The position numbers and the translations under genes were made by a program. Below, piece by piece: positions 16,863-27,315 of a stretch of 64,000 nucleotides of DNA (positions are counted from its first letter, which is position 1; the number at the start of each line of letters is the position of its first letter). Source of the stretch: Actinomycetes bacterium (GTDB lineage: Bacteria; Actinomycetota; Acidimicrobiia; Spongiisociales; JAHEDJ01); assembly GCA_024641245.1 (NCBI GenBank), contig JAHEDK010000002.1, positions 167,136-231,135 of the forward strand. Reading direction: 5' to 3'. Under the pieces are notes generated by a model. It was not told the origin of the DNA. It worked only from the letters and a program-made list of their open reading frames with translations, and ran no database searches.

Positions 16863-19790
16863 ATGAACGGCAATCGGTCACCATCGCGATACGGCATCTG
16901 GCCTGAACTCGCCCTGCGCCTTGCGCGGGCCGGGTGGCTCACCAACGGTGTGGTCGACGAACCGGCCGTTCCCCTCTTGCGCGCCGTCCGTTCTGGGCCC
17001 GATCCGGAGGGTGCACTCGAGCGGATCGCCGCCATCCTCGAGCGAGATCCGGGGGTCGCCGCCCGGACCCTGGAGGATCTCCAGTTCGGTCTCGCACTGG
17101 TGGCTGTGGCAGGAGCCAGCCGGGTTCTCTCTCAACGAGTGCTGCTCGAGCCGGCCATGCTGCCGGGACCGCACGATTCCTCTCCCCGGCCGCCCGATTT
17201 GCATGACATGCATCCCGAAGCCCTGAGAGCCGTCCGGCGCTTTGTTCAGACCTCGATGCTCGGAATCGCCGTGCGCGACCTCATGGGCTACGACGACCTG
17301 CCCGCCGTCGGTAGAGCACTGGCGGTGCTGGCAGACTCGGCGGCGACGTTCGCACTCGAATCCGCCCATAACCAGGTGCGCACAGCGCCGCGCTACGCAG
17401 ATATGCCACCCGTCCCTATCGCGGTCATAGCTATGGGGAAATGGGGTGGCCTGGAACTCAACTACTCCTCGGATATCGACGTTCTGTTCGTTCACGGCAA
17501 CCCCTCGTCCCTGGATGCCGGGCGCGCAACTGAGTACGCCGGAAGAGTCAGCGCGACCTTCATGGCCACACTCTCCCAGGTCACCGCCGATGGTTCCGCC
17601 TATCGAGTCGACGCCGATCTTCGACCGGAAGGGAAGAACGGTCCGCTGGTGCGCACCGTGGAGTCGTACCGCGCCTATTACGAGCGCTGGGCCAGCACCT
17701 GGGAGTTCCAGGCCCTCATCAAAGCCCGCCCGGCGGCCGGTGATGTGGCGCTCGGTGCTTCCTTCCTGGCCGCCATCGAACCGTTTGTCTATCCGGAGAC
17801 ACTCGACCCATCGGCCGTGCGAGAGGTCCGGGAGATGAAGGGACGCATCGAGGGACGAGCCGCCGAACAGGGAATCGACGAGGCCGAGATCAAGCGTGGA
17901 ATCGGGGGAATCCGGGACGTCGAATTCGCGGTGCAACTGCTGCAGTTGGTGCACGGGAGATTCGATCCCCACTTGCGTTCGCCCAACACGCTGAGGACCC
18001 TTCGCACACTCGCCGATGAAGGGTATGTCGGCCGGCCAGACGCAGAGGCAATGGCAACCGCCTACGTGTGGTTGCGCACCCTCGAACACCGGATCCAGCT
18101 GGTGGACCTTCGCCAAACCCACATGCTCCCCATACCCGCCTCTGAGCGCGAACGTCTCGCCAAGGCGATGACCTACCGGGACGGCGCCGCGGGATCCGCC
18201 CTAGCCTCATTCGAGCGTGATCTCGTCACGCACCGGAGCGTGGTGCGAACCATTCACGAGCGCCTGTTCTACCGCCCGCTGCTCGAGGCCTTTGCCGCCT
18301 CCCCGACCATCGCACTCACACCAGAAGGTGTGGCGCGCCAACTCTCGGCCCTCGGGTTCCGGGACGTTTCCGGGGCGCGTCGGGCGGTGGTGGATCTAAC
18401 CGCAGGTCTGTCGAGGCGTTCGAAGCTCATGCAGCAAACGCTCCCTCTGTTGCTCGAGTGGCTGTCACGGTCGCCGGATCCCGATCTGGGTCTCGAGCAA
18501 CTTCGCGTTCTAGTCACGACCACGAAGGACAACGCACCGCTGGTCGCGATACTTCGTGACAATCCGGTGGCGGCGGAGCGACTGTGCTATCTGCTCGGGG
18601 CCAGCCGCGTTGCCGGTAGGTTCATCGACCGCATCCCGCGCTTCCTCCCGGAACTCGGTGACGACAGTCGCATTCGCCGACCTATGAACCCGGCTGAGGT
18701 GAGAACGGACGCAGTCGAGTACGTCATGTTGCGTCCGACACATGAACGCCGATTGAACGCATTACGGAGATACGTCCGCAGCGCAACGCTGCGCATTGTG
18801 GCCAGGGATCTGCTCGACCTGGGCGGGGAACTACCGCCGGCCAGGGAGCTCTCGGACCTGGCGGACGGAGCCGTCGGCGCTGCCTTGCAGATTGCAGGGG
18901 ATGAATTCAGAGGTACGCCAAGTGCCGGGCTTCCATTCTCAGTCATTGCCATGGGCAAATGGGGAGGTCGGTTTCTCGACTACCCATCTGATCTCGATGT
19001 TCTCTTCGTCTACGAGGCCGCCGAAAACCTCCACGGGGAGCCTGCTCGCAGAGCTGCCGACGAACTCGCCCGCCGGTTCAGCGCCGCGCTGGGAAAGGTG
19101 ACCCCGGAAGGCATTGCCTTTAGAGTCGATCCCGGGCTGCGGCCCGAGGGCAAGGACGGCCCCCTCGCCCGCACACTGGACGGATACCGACAGTATTACG
19201 AGCGCTGGTCGGCGGTGTGGGAACACCAGGCGCTCATCAGGGCCCGCTGTGTGGGCGGCGATGCGGAACTTGGCGAACGATTCGTTGCCATGGCAGGGGA
19301 ATTCGCATTTCCGGATCGACTCTCATCGGAGGCCGTCCGCGAGATCCGCACGATGAAGGCTCGTATCGAGGCCGAGCGGATACCTCCCGGCGAGGATCCC
19401 GACTTCCATTTCAAACTGGGCAGAGGAGGTCTGGTCGATGTCGAATTCCTCGTGCAACTACTGCAGATGCGCCGCGGAGCGGTGGTGCCGGCCTTGCGCG
19501 CTCCGGCGACGCTCGAGGCTATAGCCGGAGCCGTCGACGCGGATCAGCTGACTGCCCAGGAAGGCGACAGCCTCACGGCGGCCTACCAGTTCTGCACGAA
19601 GATCCGCAACCGCCTCTACATCCAGACGGGCAGGGACATCGGCTCGCTGCCGACCGATCCGACCGAGCTCGCCCGCCTCGCCTTGTCACTCGGCTATCGA
19701 GGAGGCTCGGTCGGCAAGCTGCGTGAGGACTACCGCAGGGTGACGCGCCGGGCCCGTCGAGTCTTCGAACGACGATTCTATGAGGATTGA
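16863..19790 (+). CDS. glnE: Bifunctional glutamine synthetase adenylyltransferase / adenylyl-removing enzyme
   Basis: 975 aa with two nucleotidyltransferase repeats (VIAMGKWGG...DIDVLFV occurs twice), typical GlnE architecture. Confidence 0.9.
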   Translation: MNGNRSPSRYGIWPELALRLARAGWLTNGVVDEPAVPLLRAVRSGPDPEGALERIAAILERDPGVAARTLEDLQFGLALVAVAGASRVLSQRVLLEPAMLPGPHDSSPRPPDLHDMHPEALRAVRRFVQTSMLGIAVRDLMGYDDLPAVGRALAVLADSAATFALESAHNQVRTAPRYADMPPVPIAVIAMGKWGGLELNYSSDIDVLFVHGNPSSLDAGRATEYAGRVSATFMATLSQVTADGSAYRVDADLRPEGKNGPLVRTVESYRAYYERWASTWEFQALIKARPAAGDVALGASFLAAIEPFVYPETLDPSAVREVREMKGRIEGRAAEQGIDEAEIKRGIGGIRDVEFAVQLLQLVHGRFDPHLRSPNTLRTLRTLADEGYVGRPDAEAMATAYVWLRTLEHRIQLVDLRQTHMLPIPASERERLAKAMTYRDGAAGSALASFERDLVTHRSVVRTIHERLFYRPLLEAFAASPTIALTPEGVARQLSALGFRDVSGARRAVVDLTAGLSRRSKLMQQTLPLLLEWLSRSPDPDLGLEQLRVLVTTTKDNAPLVAILRDNPVAAERLCYLLGASRVAGRFIDRIPRFLPELGDDSRIRRPMNPAEVRTDAVEYVMLRPTHERRLNALRRYVRSATLRIVARDLLDLGGELPPARELSDLADGAVGAALQIAGDEFRGTPSAGLPFSVIAMGKWGGRFLDYPSDLDVLFVYEAAENLHGEPARRAADELARRFSAALGKVTPEGIAFRVDPGLRPEGKDGPLARTLDGYRQYYERWSAVWEHQALIRARCVGGDAELGERFVAMAGEFAFPDRLSSEAVREIRTMKARIEAERIPPGEDPDFHFKLGRGGLVDVEFLVQLLQMRRGAVVPALRAPATLEAIAGAVDADQLTAQEGDSLTAAYQFCTKIRNRLYIQTGRDIGSLPTDPTELARLALSLGYRGGSVGKLREDYRRVTRRARRVFERRFYED

Positions 19791-19877
19791 TCCCGGCGAC
19801 GCGGGCCGACCCTGAAGCCGATACCATTGCGTCCCCGCCGGTTTTGTCACTCCGTCGGCGCGGTCAGGAAGGCAGCG

Positions 19878-21053
19878 ATGAATACCGATGTGAAGCGACT
19901 ACAGAAGATCGTCCGCGAGATCGCTCCGACCGCCATTGATCTCCGCAGGAAGATCCACGCCAATCCCGAACTGGGAAATGCAGAGCACGAAACGACGGCG
20001 CTGGTTGATGCGACACTGCGCGACGTCGGTATCCGGCCACGAGTCCGACTCGGGCACACCGGACTGACGGCTGATCTCGGAGAAGGAGGCACCCTGGTCG
20101 GGTTCCGTGCAGATCTCGACGCGTTGCCGATCACCGAGGCAACCGGCCTTTCGTTTGCCTCGACCAACCCCGGCGTGATGCACGCATGCGGACACGACGG
20201 CCACACCGCCATCGGCCTCGGCATTGCCCTCGCCTTGTCGGAGTACGGGAAGTTGCCGGGGCGAGTCCGATTCATATTCCAGCCTGCTGAGGAGATCTTC
20301 CCGGGTGGTGCCTTCGACATGGTGCGCGAGGGCGTGGTCGAAGATGTCTCTGCGCTGATTGCCTTTCACATGGATCCGACGCTGGCTGCCGGAAAGGTGG
20401 GCCTCAAGATTGGAGCCATCACGAGCTCGTCTGATCGCTTCGAGATCACGATCAGCGGACCGGGAGGTCACACAGCACGACCTCATGAAACGGTCGACGC
20501 CGTATATGCCGCCGGACGGGTGGTGACCGAACTGCCAACGCTCCTCAACCGGACGCTCGATGCCAGGACGCCGATGTCGCTCGTTTTCGGGACAATCCAC
20601 GGAGGCAAGGCCGACAACGTCATACCGACCAGCGTGACAATGACGGGAACGGTTCGCATCCTGGACAAGGGCACGTGGGATTCAATGCCGGATCGCGTGC
20701 AGACGCTTGTTCGGGAGATCGTGGCACCGGTCCACGCCACCGCAGATGTGCACTACCAACGGGGAATACCCCCGGTGATCAACGATGCCGGCGTGCTGTC
20801 CGAGGTCGAGTTCGCCATTCACGAGGTACTCGGGACCCAGGCTGTAGCGGCGACGCATGCCAGCCTCGGGGCGGAGGATTTCGCTCGCTTCCTCGACCTC
20901 GTGCCCGGAGCGTTGCTTCGCCTCGGTTCTGCGGGATACGACGGGAAGGTCGACCTGCACTCCGCCGCATTCGACATCAACGAAGACGCAATCGAGCACG
21001 GAATCCTGGTCGGCGCGGCGAGCCTGCTGCGATTGATGCAGTGCAAGTGGTAG
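19878..21053 (+). CDS. M20D family amidohydrolase (N-acyl-amino-acid amidohydrolase / hippuricase-like)
   Basis: ACGHDGH metal-binding motif and M20 dimerisation domain. GGAAGG SD upstream of ATG 19878. Confidence 0.8.
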   Translation: MNTDVKRLQKIVREIAPTAIDLRRKIHANPELGNAEHETTALVDATLRDVGIRPRVRLGHTGLTADLGEGGTLVGFRADLDALPITEATGLSFASTNPGVMHACGHDGHTAIGLGIALALSEYGKLPGRVRFIFQPAEEIFPGGAFDMVREGVVEDVSALIAFHMDPTLAAGKVGLKIGAITSSSDRFEITISGPGGHTARPHETVDAVYAAGRVVTELPTLLNRTLDARTPMSLVFGTIHGGKADNVIPTSVTMTGTVRILDKGTWDSMPDRVQTLVREIVAPVHATADVHYQRGIPPVINDAGVLSEVEFAIHEVLGTQAVAATHASLGAEDFARFLDLVPGALLRLGSAGYDGKVDLHSAAFDINEDAIEHGILVGAASLLRLMQCKW

Positions 21054-21170
21054 GGAATCGCGTCACCACTCGTTCATCGATTGCCATTGTCGTTTGGCGA
21101 CTGGGCCTGCCAAACCCCAGAACCCAGAACCTAGAACTCAGAACGGGCTCCAGGTACCAGGTACCAGATG

Positions 21171-22193
21171 TCAATCCGCCAGCTTGAACCCCTCCGCGGA
21201 TAGGGCATGGCTCAGAGCTTCCGCCTCGCCGGGGCGAACAGAAAGCGTCAAGACACCTCCGCCACCCTGCGGACCGTGGCGAAGTTGGAGGTCACGCACA
21301 TCAACGGAGCTGAGGGCAAGTGCGCGGCCGACCGCCGCCAGTTCACCGGGATGGTCTTCGAGAATCACCCGTACTGCCATGACCGGCGGGGCGAGTGTCC
21401 GGCGCAAATCCCTCGCTCGCTCCAGGAACTGCATCACGCTCGACTCCGACTCCACATCGTCTGCGATTTCGCCGAGGCGGAGCGCGAAACTCCGGAGTTC
21501 GGAAACAACCGCCGCTCGGTTCTCCCCCAACAACTCCGACCACAGCGCCGGATCTGACAACGCCACCCGCGTCAAGTCGCGGAAGCTACCGGCCGCTAGG
21601 GGAAGAGCCTCGGTATGGCGCTCGGCCTCACCGAGCAGGGTGGCGGCGAGGACCTGCGGGAGGTGACTGACGATCGCCACGGCTAGATCGTGATCGGCAG
21701 CAGACATGCGAACCGGGTTTGCACCCAGCGACACAACGAGGTTCTCCACCCGACTCAGATCGTCGGGGTCGGCGCCATCCTCGACAACGACCCAGCTCGC
21801 CCCACGAAACAAGGCACCCGAGGCGGCACCGGGACCCGATTGTTCGCGCCCGGCCATCGGGTGGGTGCCGACGAAATGATCGAGATGGTTCGCCGCCCGG
21901 CAGATCGGATCCTTCACACCGGCAACGTCGATCACCAGCCCATCCGTGGAGAGGTCGCCGATAGTGGCGATGACGGCGCGGGGTGGACCGGCCAGCACGA
22001 TCAAGGCCGCGCCCTGGATCGCGGCAACCGTCGATGGGGCGGAGGCATCGAGCGCGCCCGCCTCGAGGGCGGTGATGAGCGCTGAGTCGTCCGGGTCCCA
22101 GCCCGTCACATTCCATCCGGTCTGCCGCAGCGCCAGGCCGATTGATGCGCCGATCAAACCCGTTCCGACCACGGCTGCCGATCGAGCCGTCAC
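21171..22193 (-). CDS. tyrA: Prephenate dehydrogenase with C-terminal ACT-like regulatory domain
   Basis: Rossmann GxGxxG (VVGTGLIGASIGLAL), catalytic HPMAG motif, C-terminal ACT-like fold. Confidence 0.8.
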   Translation of the reverse strand: MTARSAAVVGTGLIGASIGLALRQTGWNVTGWDPDDSALITALEAGALDASAPSTVAAIQGAALIVLAGPPRAVIATIGDLSTDGLVIDVAGVKDPICRAANHLDHFVGTHPMAGREQSGPGAASGALFRGASWVVVEDGADPDDLSRVENLVVSLGANPVRMSAADHDLAVAIVSHLPQVLAATLLGEAERHTEALPLAAGSFRDLTRVALSDPALWSELLGENRAAVVSELRSFALRLGEIADDVESESSVMQFLERARDLRRTLAPPVMAVRVILEDHPGELAAVGRALALSSVDVRDLQLRHGPQGGGGVLTLSVRPGEAEALSHALSAEGFKLAD

Positions 22194-23212
22194 CCCTGGA
22201 GACCGACCGCCGCAACAAGCTTGCGGATCGACACCATCAACTCGGCGAACTCCTCGGGCAGCAAGGCCTGGGCTCCATCGACTTTGGCGAGTTCCGGATC
22301 GGGATGAACATCCACCATGAACCCGTCGGCGCCGGCCGCCACCGCCACCCTCGAAAGTGGAGCGACGAGATAGCGATGACCGGCTGCGTGGGACGGATCG
22401 ACGATCACAGGGAGATGCGAAAGGCTCTTCAATATCGGCACCGCCGTGATGTCCAGCGTGTTGCGCGCCGCAGTCTCGAAGGTTCTGATTCCGCGCTCGA
22501 CCATGATGATCTCGTGATTGCCCTCTTTATAGATGTATTCGGCGGCGTTCAACCACTCCTCGATCGTGGCGGTGAACCCTCGCTTGAGCATCACCGGTCT
22601 GGCTTGCCGCCCTACCTCGGTGAGCAGCGTGTAATTGGCCATATTGCGGGTCCCAACCCGCAGAATGTCGGCATACGAGGACACCAGCTCGATGTCGCGC
22701 GGATCGAGTATCTCGGCGACGAACGGCATGTCGAATTCCTCGCGAGCTTCGGCCAGCATCTCGAGCCCGGCCTCGCCGAGACCCTGAAACGAGTACGGCG
22801 AAGTGCGGGGTTTGAACGCATCTCCGCGCAGGACCGTCGCCCCCGCCTTCTTCACGGCCTCGGCGGCCCTGAACAGGAGGTCGCGGCTCTCAACCGCACA
22901 CGGGCCCGCAATCGCCGTGAAGGTACCGCCCCCGATCGCAACGCCGCGCGTATCGATCACCGTGTCTTCCTCCTGGAAGTCACGGCTCACGAATTTGAAG
23001 GGTTTGAGAACGGGCACGGCTCGCTCGACACCCGGCATCGCCTCCCAGGGGAGCTGCTGGATGAGGACGCGATCACCGAGTGCTCCGATGACGGTCCTCA
23101 GTCGACCCTCAGAAATATGCGCCTGTGAGTCGATACTCTCCAAACGCTCCACTACGTGGGCGATGTCGGCAGGGGTCGCGTCTTTCTTCATGACGATGAT
23201 CATGGCGCTCAT
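22190..23212 (-). CDS. 3-deoxy-7-phosphoheptulonate (DAHP) synthase, type I-beta, with N-terminal regulatory domain
   Basis: KDO8P/DAHP-synthase TIM-barrel motifs ([26 protein letters not shown]). Overlaps tyrA start by 4 nt. Confidence 0.85.
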   Translation of the reverse strand: MSAMIIVMKKDATPADIAHVVERLESIDSQAHISEGRLRTVIGALGDRVLIQQLPWEAMPGVERAVPVLKPFKFVSRDFQEEDTVIDTRGVAIGGGTFTAIAGPCAVESRDLLFRAAEAVKKAGATVLRGDAFKPRTSPYSFQGLGEAGLEMLAEAREEFDMPFVAEILDPRDIELVSSYADILRVGTRNMANYTLLTEVGRQARPVMLKRGFTATIEEWLNAAEYIYKEGNHEIIMVERGIRTFETAARNTLDITAVPILKSLSHLPVIVDPSHAAGHRYLVAPLSRVAVAAGADGFMVDVHPDPELAKVDGAQALLPEEFAELMVSIRKLVAAVGLQG

Positions 23213-23532
23213 TGTCGCAGCGTTTCATCACCTGCGGGATCGCCGAACCCGCTGTCGGCCAGTGCAAGTGCGCGTATAGTCGCTCCGTGCGGCATCGCGG
23301 CCCGGAGCCCCTCGGCCACTTCATCGACAACGCGTGGATCCCACAGGCTGAACAACACAGCTCCGGTTTCATCACCACCAAACAATGCCAGCCTGCATTG
23401 CGGATCTTCGACGAACTCGTCGGTCAACTCCTGCAGCCAATCGGCCGGCAGATCGGGAGGTGACTCGAGAAGGAGCGCTCGCATCTGCGGCATGGTAACG
23501 ACCGAATGAACCCGTCGTCCGGACACGTACAC
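23209..23532 (-). CDS. Hypothetical protein (translationally coupled to DAHP synthase gene)
   Basis: ORF with matching codon bias and ATGA overlap with the downstream gene. No family recognised. Start may be at 23490. Confidence 0.35.
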   Translation of the reverse strand: MYVSGRRVHSVVTMPQMRALLLESPPDLPADWLQELTDEFVEDPQCRLALFGGDETGAVLFSLWDPRVVDEVAEGLRAAMPHGATIRALALADSGFGDPAGDETLRQ

Positions 23533-23540
23533 TTGAGCGC

Positions 23541-24488
23541 ATGAGGCGGATCATGGTGACGGGAGCGGCGACGTGGACGGGCGGCCGCCTCATTCAGAGA
23601 CTCGAGGGTCAACCCGACGTCGAGGTCATCGCAGTCGACGAGTTGCGCCCGAGCGTCGAGTTCAGCTCGCCGATGCACGAACTGGCCATCGACGAACTCG
23701 AGTTCGCTCACTTCTTCCTGGACGCCCGGCCACATGCGTTGGTCCATCTGCAAGCCGTCGATCGGGCGGCGATCCTCGGGCGAGAGAAATCGCACAGCCG
23801 CGTCGTGATGGGTGCACATGGATTGTTCGGCGCCCTGCAGCGATGCACAACGGTCGAGACGGTAGTCATGAAGTCTGATTCCGCGTTCTACGGATCGGGA
23901 CCACGGCAACCCTCCATCCTGACCGAATCAACCGAACCGAGGCGCACAGCCAGCGCCCACACCAGAAGTATCCGCGACATCGAGGAGCTCCTCGCCGAGG
24001 TAGCCGGCGACCTTCCCGCGGTGACCTTCACGACTCTGCGCATCGCCCCCATCATCGGAGCGGAGATCGGGAACCCGATCAGCCGATACCTCCAACTGCC
24101 CGTCGTTCCAACCCTCCTGGGATACGACCCGCGGATGCAGGTCATCTTCGAAGAGGACGCAGTCTCAGCCCTCTTGCATGCTGTGGCCCGGCCGGTTTCC
24201 GGGACCTTCAATATCGCCGCCGATGGTCAGCTGTACCTCAGCCGGATCCTCAGATTGGGCCGCCGCCTCGCCCAACCGCTTCCCGCCCCGCAGCATCGGG
24301 CAACCATGCGGGCACTGCGAGCACTCGGCAACCCATTCCCCGGCAATCTCGAGGACTACCTTCGAAACGGCCGCGTCATGGACACGACGCTGATGAAAGA
24401 ATCGTTCGGGTGGAAACCAAAGCTCACCGCCCGTCAAGCCGTCCTGGCCTCCTATGGGCGCGTCCGCAGTCCCGGGACATCGTCGTGA
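23541..24488 (+). CDS. NAD-dependent epimerase/dehydratase family protein
   Basis: N-terminal Rossmann motif (MVTGAATWTGGRLI) and extended SDR-like layout. Confidence 0.65.
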   Translation: MRRIMVTGAATWTGGRLIQRLEGQPDVEVIAVDELRPSVEFSSPMHELAIDELEFAHFFLDARPHALVHLQAVDRAAILGREKSHSRVVMGAHGLFGALQRCTTVETVVMKSDSAFYGSGPRQPSILTESTEPRRTASAHTRSIRDIEELLAEVAGDLPAVTFTTLRIAPIIGAEIGNPISRYLQLPVVPTLLGYDPRMQVIFEEDAVSALLHAVARPVSGTFNIAADGQLYLSRILRLGRRLAQPLPAPQHRATMRALRALGNPFPGNLEDYLRNGRVMDTTLMKESFGWKPKLTARQAVLASYGRVRSPGTSS

Positions 24489-25684
24489 GCGACTCAATCT
24501 CCGGTCTGCTAGGACGTTTGAGCCGGGACGAACTCAGGGCATTCGCTCGCGCCGCCGATATTCGCGGGCGCTCAACGATGACGAAGGAACAGCTCATTGC
24601 TGCACTGCAACTGGCCCTGCAGCCCCCACCCGAGGAATCCGAGAGAGTGCGAGCTTCGATGCCGTCACTGCCGGATCTGTCCGAAGCGCGCCGCCGCCGG
24701 ATTTCCGCCGGCCGTCGGTTCGAGTGGATGGTTGACAGGCGCAGATCGTGCACGCTGCGGACTATCGAGGGCTTCTCCTGCGGCCTTCCTGCCATTGCCG
24801 AACACGAGCGCTGCGCACTCCATGGGGGGATCGACATCTCCGACCTGGCGGTGCCGGCCGCCGGCCATCTCGGGGCAGACACCTGGCCCGCCCTAATCCG
24901 CCATCTCCTGCTTGCTTCGTACGACAACGATGCCCTCGGGCTCGACCCCGTCGTATCGGAGATGATCTGGCACATTGCCAACTTCCTCTACTTCGAGTAC
25001 TTCAGGGTGGAGGTCGAGGGAATCGAGAACGTGCCGGCAAAGGGGGCAGGCGTCCTGGTGAGCAACCATGCCGGCGCCTTCATCCCCTACGACGGGATGA
25101 TGCTGCAACTCGCCGTCGTCAACGAGGCCGAACTCCCCAGGCGGGTCCGCGTGGTCGGGACCGAGATCCTCAACCTCGTTCCCTTCCTCTCGCACCTCTA
25201 CCGGAAGGCCGGGGCGGCCTTTGCCAGCAAAGAGGACGCTCGCTGGGTACTCAATCACGGCTACCTGCTCGGTGCCTTTCCTGAGGGCGTTCCGGCCTTC
25301 CAGAAACCGCACGCCGAGGCATACCAACTCCGCAGGTTCGGCCGGGGAGGGTTCGCCGCGCTCGCTATCGAGGCCGGAGCTCCGATCATCCCGGTCGCCA
25401 TCGTCGGATCTGAAGACGTCCATCCGGCGCTCTTCAGCTCTCGTCGCCTGGCTCAGTTGTTCAAGCTGTTCTTCCCGCAGCAGCGGGTCGAGGAGATCGG
25501 TGTATTCCTCAACCCGATTCCTCTGCCCGTCAAGTGGCGAATCAGATTTCTCGAGCCCATCGAGATGCCAGGACCCGGCGTCCCGACCGATCGGCTCACA
25601 GTCCTCGAAATCGCCGAGCAGACTCGCGAGGTCATTCAGCTTGCCCTCGACGACATGCTGGAAGACCGCGGTTCGGTCTTCTGA
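24485..25684 (+). CDS. Lysophospholipid (1-acyl-sn-glycerol-3-phosphate) acyltransferase family protein with Rho-N-like N-terminal segment
   Basis: GTG overlapping the upstream stop (GTGA). HxxxxD-type acyltransferase block (SNHAGAFIPYDG), FPEG block, AIEAGAPIIPVAIVGSE. Confidence 0.7.
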   Translation: MSDSISGLLGRLSRDELRAFARAADIRGRSTMTKEQLIAALQLALQPPPEESERVRASMPSLPDLSEARRRRISAGRRFEWMVDRRRSCTLRTIEGFSCGLPAIAEHERCALHGGIDISDLAVPAAGHLGADTWPALIRHLLLASYDNDALGLDPVVSEMIWHIANFLYFEYFRVEVEGIENVPAKGAGVLVSNHAGAFIPYDGMMLQLAVVNEAELPRRVRVVGTEILNLVPFLSHLYRKAGAAFASKEDARWVLNHGYLLGAFPEGVPAFQKPHAEAYQLRRFGRGGFAALAIEAGAPIIPVAIVGSEDVHPALFSSRRLAQLFKLFFPQQRVEEIGVFLNPIPLPVKWRIRFLEPIEMPGPGVPTDRLTVLEIAEQTREVIQLALDDMLEDRGSVF

Positions 25685-25736
25685 ACCGGTTCGGGAGCAG
25701 CTCACGGCCTTAGTCGGGTCGCTGTACGGGCGCCGC

Positions 25737-25770
25737 TTGCAATAGTTAGCAGCCTGCGTTATATTGCTAA
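25737..25770 (+). promoter_or_regulatory. Sigma-70-like promoter TTGCAA-17nt-TATATT. The -10 overlaps a TTAGCA/TGCTAA inverted repeat; predicted leaderless start for the XRE gene
   Basis: AT-rich island in a GC-rich genome. Near-consensus -35/-10 hexamers with 17-nt spacer. The -10 lies about 7 nt upstream of the GTG start codon at 25772. Approximate coordinates. Confidence 0.4.
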
Positions 25771-25771
25771 T

Positions 25772-26155
25772 GTGAGTGATAAACAGGAAGAGAGCTCGGG
25801 AATAGCCGAACTCGGGACGTTCATCCGCCAGCAACGCGAACGTTCCAAGATGTCACTTCGAAGACTGGCCGACCGGGCGGGGATTTCGAATCCTTACCTC
25901 AGCCAGATCGAACGAGGGTTACGGAAACCATCGGCCGAAATCCTGAAATCACTCGCACGGGAGTTGTCGATACAGGCGGAATCGATGTACGTGAGGGCAG
26001 GATTGCTCGACGAAGGCTTCTCACCCCCGACGGTTGTCGAGGCGGTCGAGGCAGACCCGACATTGAGCACCCGTCACAAACAAGTATTGCTCGAGCTCTA
26101 CCGGACTCTCATCGAGGTCGGTGGGGTCGAGCCGGACAATAAGGAGACACCATGA
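25772..26155 (+). CDS. XRE family helix-turn-helix transcriptional regulator
   Basis: HTH_XRE core (MSLRRLADRAGISNPYLSQIERG). Confidence 0.8.
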   Translation: MSDKQEESSGIAELGTFIRQQRERSKMSLRRLADRAGISNPYLSQIERGLRKPSAEILKSLARELSIQAESMYVRAGLLDEGFSPPTVVEAVEADPTLSTRHKQVLLELYRTLIEVGGVEPDNKETP

Positions 26156-26712
26156 TCGAAACGAAGAAGGCGTTCTACGCCGCCGTCGGCGCCCCGCTGG
26201 TCGGTTTGAAGCGGACCGGTGATGCACTGAAGGAACTCTCAGACAAGCTGACCGAGCGGTTTGGTGACGTGAGCGAGAAGCTCACCGACGATGCTCGCAA
26301 GGAGTTCGACCTCTGGGCCGACGAAGGCGAGAAACTCATCGGCAAGATCTCCGAGCAGAAGGTCGTTGAAGACCTGAGTGCCCGGGTCGATCTCGACGAG
26401 ATCCAGGAACGCGTCGGAAAGCTGCGGGACCAACTCGAGGACATCCTCACCTCGTGGCGCGAATCGTTCTCACCGAGCGAGACGATCGAGAAGCCGGTGG
26501 TCGAGGTCGAGAAGAAGCCGGTTGCCAAGAAGCCGGCGGCCAAGACCGCGGCGGCGAGAAAGCCGGCCGCCAAGACGGCTCCGACCAGGAAACCTGCTGC
26601 CAAGAAGGCTCCCGCGTCGAAACCCGCCGCCAAAAAGCCCGTAGCCAAGGCAACCACAGCCAAGAAGCCCGTAGCCAAGAAGCCGGCCGCCAAGGCAACC
26701 GCAGCCAAGTAG
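26152..26712 (+). CDS. HbhA-like coiled-coil protein with lysine/alanine-rich histone-H1-like C-terminal repeats
   Basis: ATGA overlap with the XRE gene. C-terminal AKKPAAK/PAAKTA repeats resemble mycobacterial heparin-binding haemagglutinin / histone-like tails. Confidence 0.5.
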   Translation: MIETKKAFYAAVGAPLVGLKRTGDALKELSDKLTERFGDVSEKLTDDARKEFDLWADEGEKLIGKISEQKVVEDLSARVDLDEIQERVGKLRDQLEDILTSWRESFSPSETIEKPVVEVEKKPVAKKPAAKTAAARKPAAKTAPTRKPAAKKAPASKPAAKKPVAKATTAKKPVAKKPAAKATAAK

Positions 26713-26817
26713 CGGATCGTCCCGGCATGAACGTTGTTGAGGGCCCCTCGGGGCCCTCAACTCGAAGAGAGTGTGCCGTCGATGCACGGCCGGTGCCAGA
26801 CGGGCACCGGCCCGTTT

Positions 26818-27222
26818 CTAATGCTTGACCAGAGGATCGAGGTCTTTGGCGAACTCGATCCAGCGTGAGACCATCGATTCGGTGGGAAGCCGCCGGACGA
26901 GCTTCTTCTTCTCGTTGATCTCGACCATCTTGTTCGTGAGAGAGGTCGCATTCCGGCGGCGGAGTTCCTTGATCGTGTCGACACCAGCAGCCTCGAGCAG
27001 ATCGGAGTACTCGCCGCCGATTCCTTTGCATCTCATCAAGTCGGCGCGGTTGACCCATTCGAGGATCTGCTTCTCGGTGAATCCGGTGGCGGCGGCCAAC
27101 GCTTTGCGACCATTGCGATCGGCGGCTCGCTTCATGAGCGCTTCGGTCGTTCGTATCCCGTTCTTCCTCAGCTTCGTAGCAGTGCGTTGCGCGATCCCCT
27201 CAACGGCGTCGATTGACGGCAC
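26818..27222 (-). CDS. DUF4332 domain protein
   Basis: Overall pattern (GIGGEYSDLLEAAGVDTIKELR) matches DUF4332. Confidence 0.6.
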   Translation of the reverse strand: MPSIDAVEGIAQRTATKLRKNGIRTTEALMKRAADRNGRKALAAATGFTEKQILEWVNRADLMRCKGIGGEYSDLLEAAGVDTIKELRRRNATSLTNKMVEINEKKKLVRRLPTESMVSRWIEFAKDLDPLVKH

Positions 27223-27315
27223 TCCCGCTCCTTTCCCGGTGACTCATCGAGATAGCTCCTCGCCTCGCCGAGGCCTCTTCTCGCCGGCCAGCCTACCGAA
27301 TTCGCCAACCACCCG

